From positions 248,001 to 312,000 of the forward strand of contig NW_020847586.1 of assembly GCF_003704095.1 (NCBI RefSeq): 64,000 bases of DNA, read 5' to 3'. Source of the stretch: Pocillopora damicornis. Lineage: Eukaryota. A model generated the notes under the pieces. That model searched no databases. It had not been told where the DNA came from and was given only the letters and a program-made list of their open reading frames with translations. Position numbers and translations under genes: made by a program. Of the stretch, positions 62,101 through 64,000 are shown one piece after another. How positions within the stretch are numbered: position 1 is the first letter of the stretch; each line of letters begins with the position of its first letter.

Positions 62101-62747
62101 TTACACCAGATAAGAAGCATATTCCTGGTATTTACAGAATTTAACGTAAATGGAGATACTTTGCGCTTGTTTACGCGATGAAGATCGACAAAGTGTCAAT
62201 TGCTTCATCAGCATTCTTTGTTAAAATTTGCGCTGTTGTTGCGTAAAGTAATTACAAATGGCAAACATATGCATACGTCACACGTCATGGTTCCTTCAGG
62301 TTAAATTTTCTGCTTCACTAATCTATTCAGTTCAGTCGTCTTCGTTCGTCATATTTCATAATTGCCGCTCTAATGTTTTTCTATGTTACCAAACTGATAA
62401 TCAGTAGTATCCTACAGAGTTGAAGGTAGACTAAAAGGTTTAAGAACTGTATCAAATTTCGTGACATGAGTCTCAACTGAAAAAAAAATAAATAAAATTT
62501 GCTGAGTCTTACCTAACCGGAAATACACCCAATACGGTACAGAAGCAAGTCCAACCATGATGTCGGCCACCGCAAGCGAAACCAAATAGTAGTTTGTCTT
62601 TGTTCGGAGCTTGCGATTCTTGTAAATCGCTGTACAGACAAGAGAATTTCCTGCCAAAATGATCAGACTTAACACTACGAAAAACAGCGACTCCACGATA
62701 AGTGATGCCCTCGTTGCATTCAGATAAGTGGTGGTGTTTGTCGGCAT
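59115..62747 (-). CDS. Rhodopsin-family GPCR, aminergic (adrenergic/dopamine/octopamine)-like
   Basis: Coding exons 62513-62747 (TM1 GNSLVC; TM2 TNYYLVSLAVAD) and 59115-59947 (TM3 YDIICGTSSIMNLVMISLERC; TM5 SFFLP; TM6 FVVAWLPFF; TM7 NPIIY; helix 8 NRDFRHAF), joined by a phase-1 GT-AG intron of about 2.6 kb. Confidence 0.92.
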
Positions 62748-64000
62748 GGTAAGCGTTGCTTCGCGGGTCTCACCTTGAACAAAAGCAAACAATCATTTGA
62801 GCGCACAGCGGCTCTTTCTGAAACCGATCTGGTTATCTGCAATGCAATCTAAACATACTTGATAATCAAAATGTTTCCGATTTTCTTACCTTCAGTCACA
62901 ATATAACAACATCATCTTACACCGCTACTGGTTTCTGGTCACGATTGGCATAAATGTTCCTCAGAAAAGTTAATATTTCTAGCCGAGCTAACGGCGACCA
63001 AATCTTGCGTCGTTCATTTAAATTCAGAGACAGAGAGAACAACAAGCCTCTGCATCTCTTTAGTTACGTGTAAAGTGATAAACAACTCATGAAAACCAGT
63101 GTTGTTTACACGATCACACTAATCTCAATTGTTTTGGTGGGCCGGTCACAATTAATTAACCTAAGTTATTTAAAGTTCTCTCGGTCACAAAAACTATCCG
63201 TAAATCAGTTTAATTACGTTGTGTGCGTTTTGAACAACGTATTATTAAATTGAGTTCAGAAGACATTATCTCTTCAAAGTGTCTCCAGGACCTTACGAAA
63301 ACGAACGACTAAAATTCATCTTCTAAGAATAACTTTAAATTTTGATTTGATCCGTGGGTAGTCTGTCTTTAATAAATTTCTGACAAGGTGAAGTCATCTC
63401 GGTAGAAAGTCACTTACATAGTCAATGAATGTTTTTGCAATCCAATGCATTTACTGCGGTCTGCAGTGATCAGTCTCCCGGACACTGAATTACCAGATTT
63501 TTCTACTAAAAACGTCCGATGTTTCACCAAATACATTGCAAAGGTGTAACGGTATTACTGCGTGACTTGACAGGTTTTCTGTACCTGACCAATCAGAATC
63601 GAGAACCGAAAACAATTAAACAAACAGGTCTTCGGTAAGCCATTCAAGACCCACTGAACCACATTGCCAAATTCATCAACATTCCCTCAAGGTGTTTGTT
63701 TTCGACGAAAACATTGAACTATTTTTACAACCCGCTGGTTCAAAATAAAATCAAAATACGTCCCACCTTAACGTCTTTAGGCACCATGCAGGGATCTTCA
63801 TTAGCCTTCTTTTCTGTGAGAATTGTCCGCATGAATGAAAACTGAAATTACTAGTCAAAATAAGGTTGACAAAATGATAAATTTGCACGCAAATTGGATT
63901 CTACCGGTGGAGGCTTTTAAAAGCAGATCAAGAATTTAATGAAAGGTAAGGTTTCAAGCCTATGAAAGCAGATGTTTTCTTTTTTAGAATAAAATAAAAC

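Noticed and set aside
1-64000. Prokaryote-type systems (CRISPR arrays, operons, defence islands) or autonomous transposase/RT genes
   Set aside because: No regularly spaced repeats and no long unexplained ORFs; all long ORFs belong to spliced eukaryotic genes.

Overview
Eukaryotic, intron-rich, AT-rich animal DNA, probably a cnidarian such as a stony coral (inferred from gene style and repeats, not proven). Reading GT-AG exons by hand gives eight protein-coding genes in strictly alternating orientation: LDB/Chip (+, 5'-truncated), TAF1B (-), an intronless FADS6-like desaturase (+), SLU7 (-), LMAN2/VIP36-VIPL lectin (+), alpha-catenin (-), a CNNM Mg2+ transporter (+) and an aminergic-like class A GPCR (-). 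An intron-containing tRNA gene lies between alpha-catenin and CNNM. Introns carry many ~210-bp TTAA-flanked MITEs, palindromic MITEs and tRNA-derived SINEs. Two features stand out. (1) The alpha-catenin has a ~350-aa insertion between its M domain and actin-binding domain. The insertion holds two tandem ILEI/GG-type (FAM3/POMGNT1-stem-like) domains on four symmetric phase-1 exons. (2) The tRNA is a structurally intact tRNA-Ile with a GAT anticodon and a 28-nt intron, an anticodon eukaryotic nuclear genomes normally avoid. Three N-gaps (8775-8835, 38950-39036, 44146-44245) limit the reading, and the last hides alpha-catenin exons. Most short ORFs in the supplied track are spurious or are partial exons.
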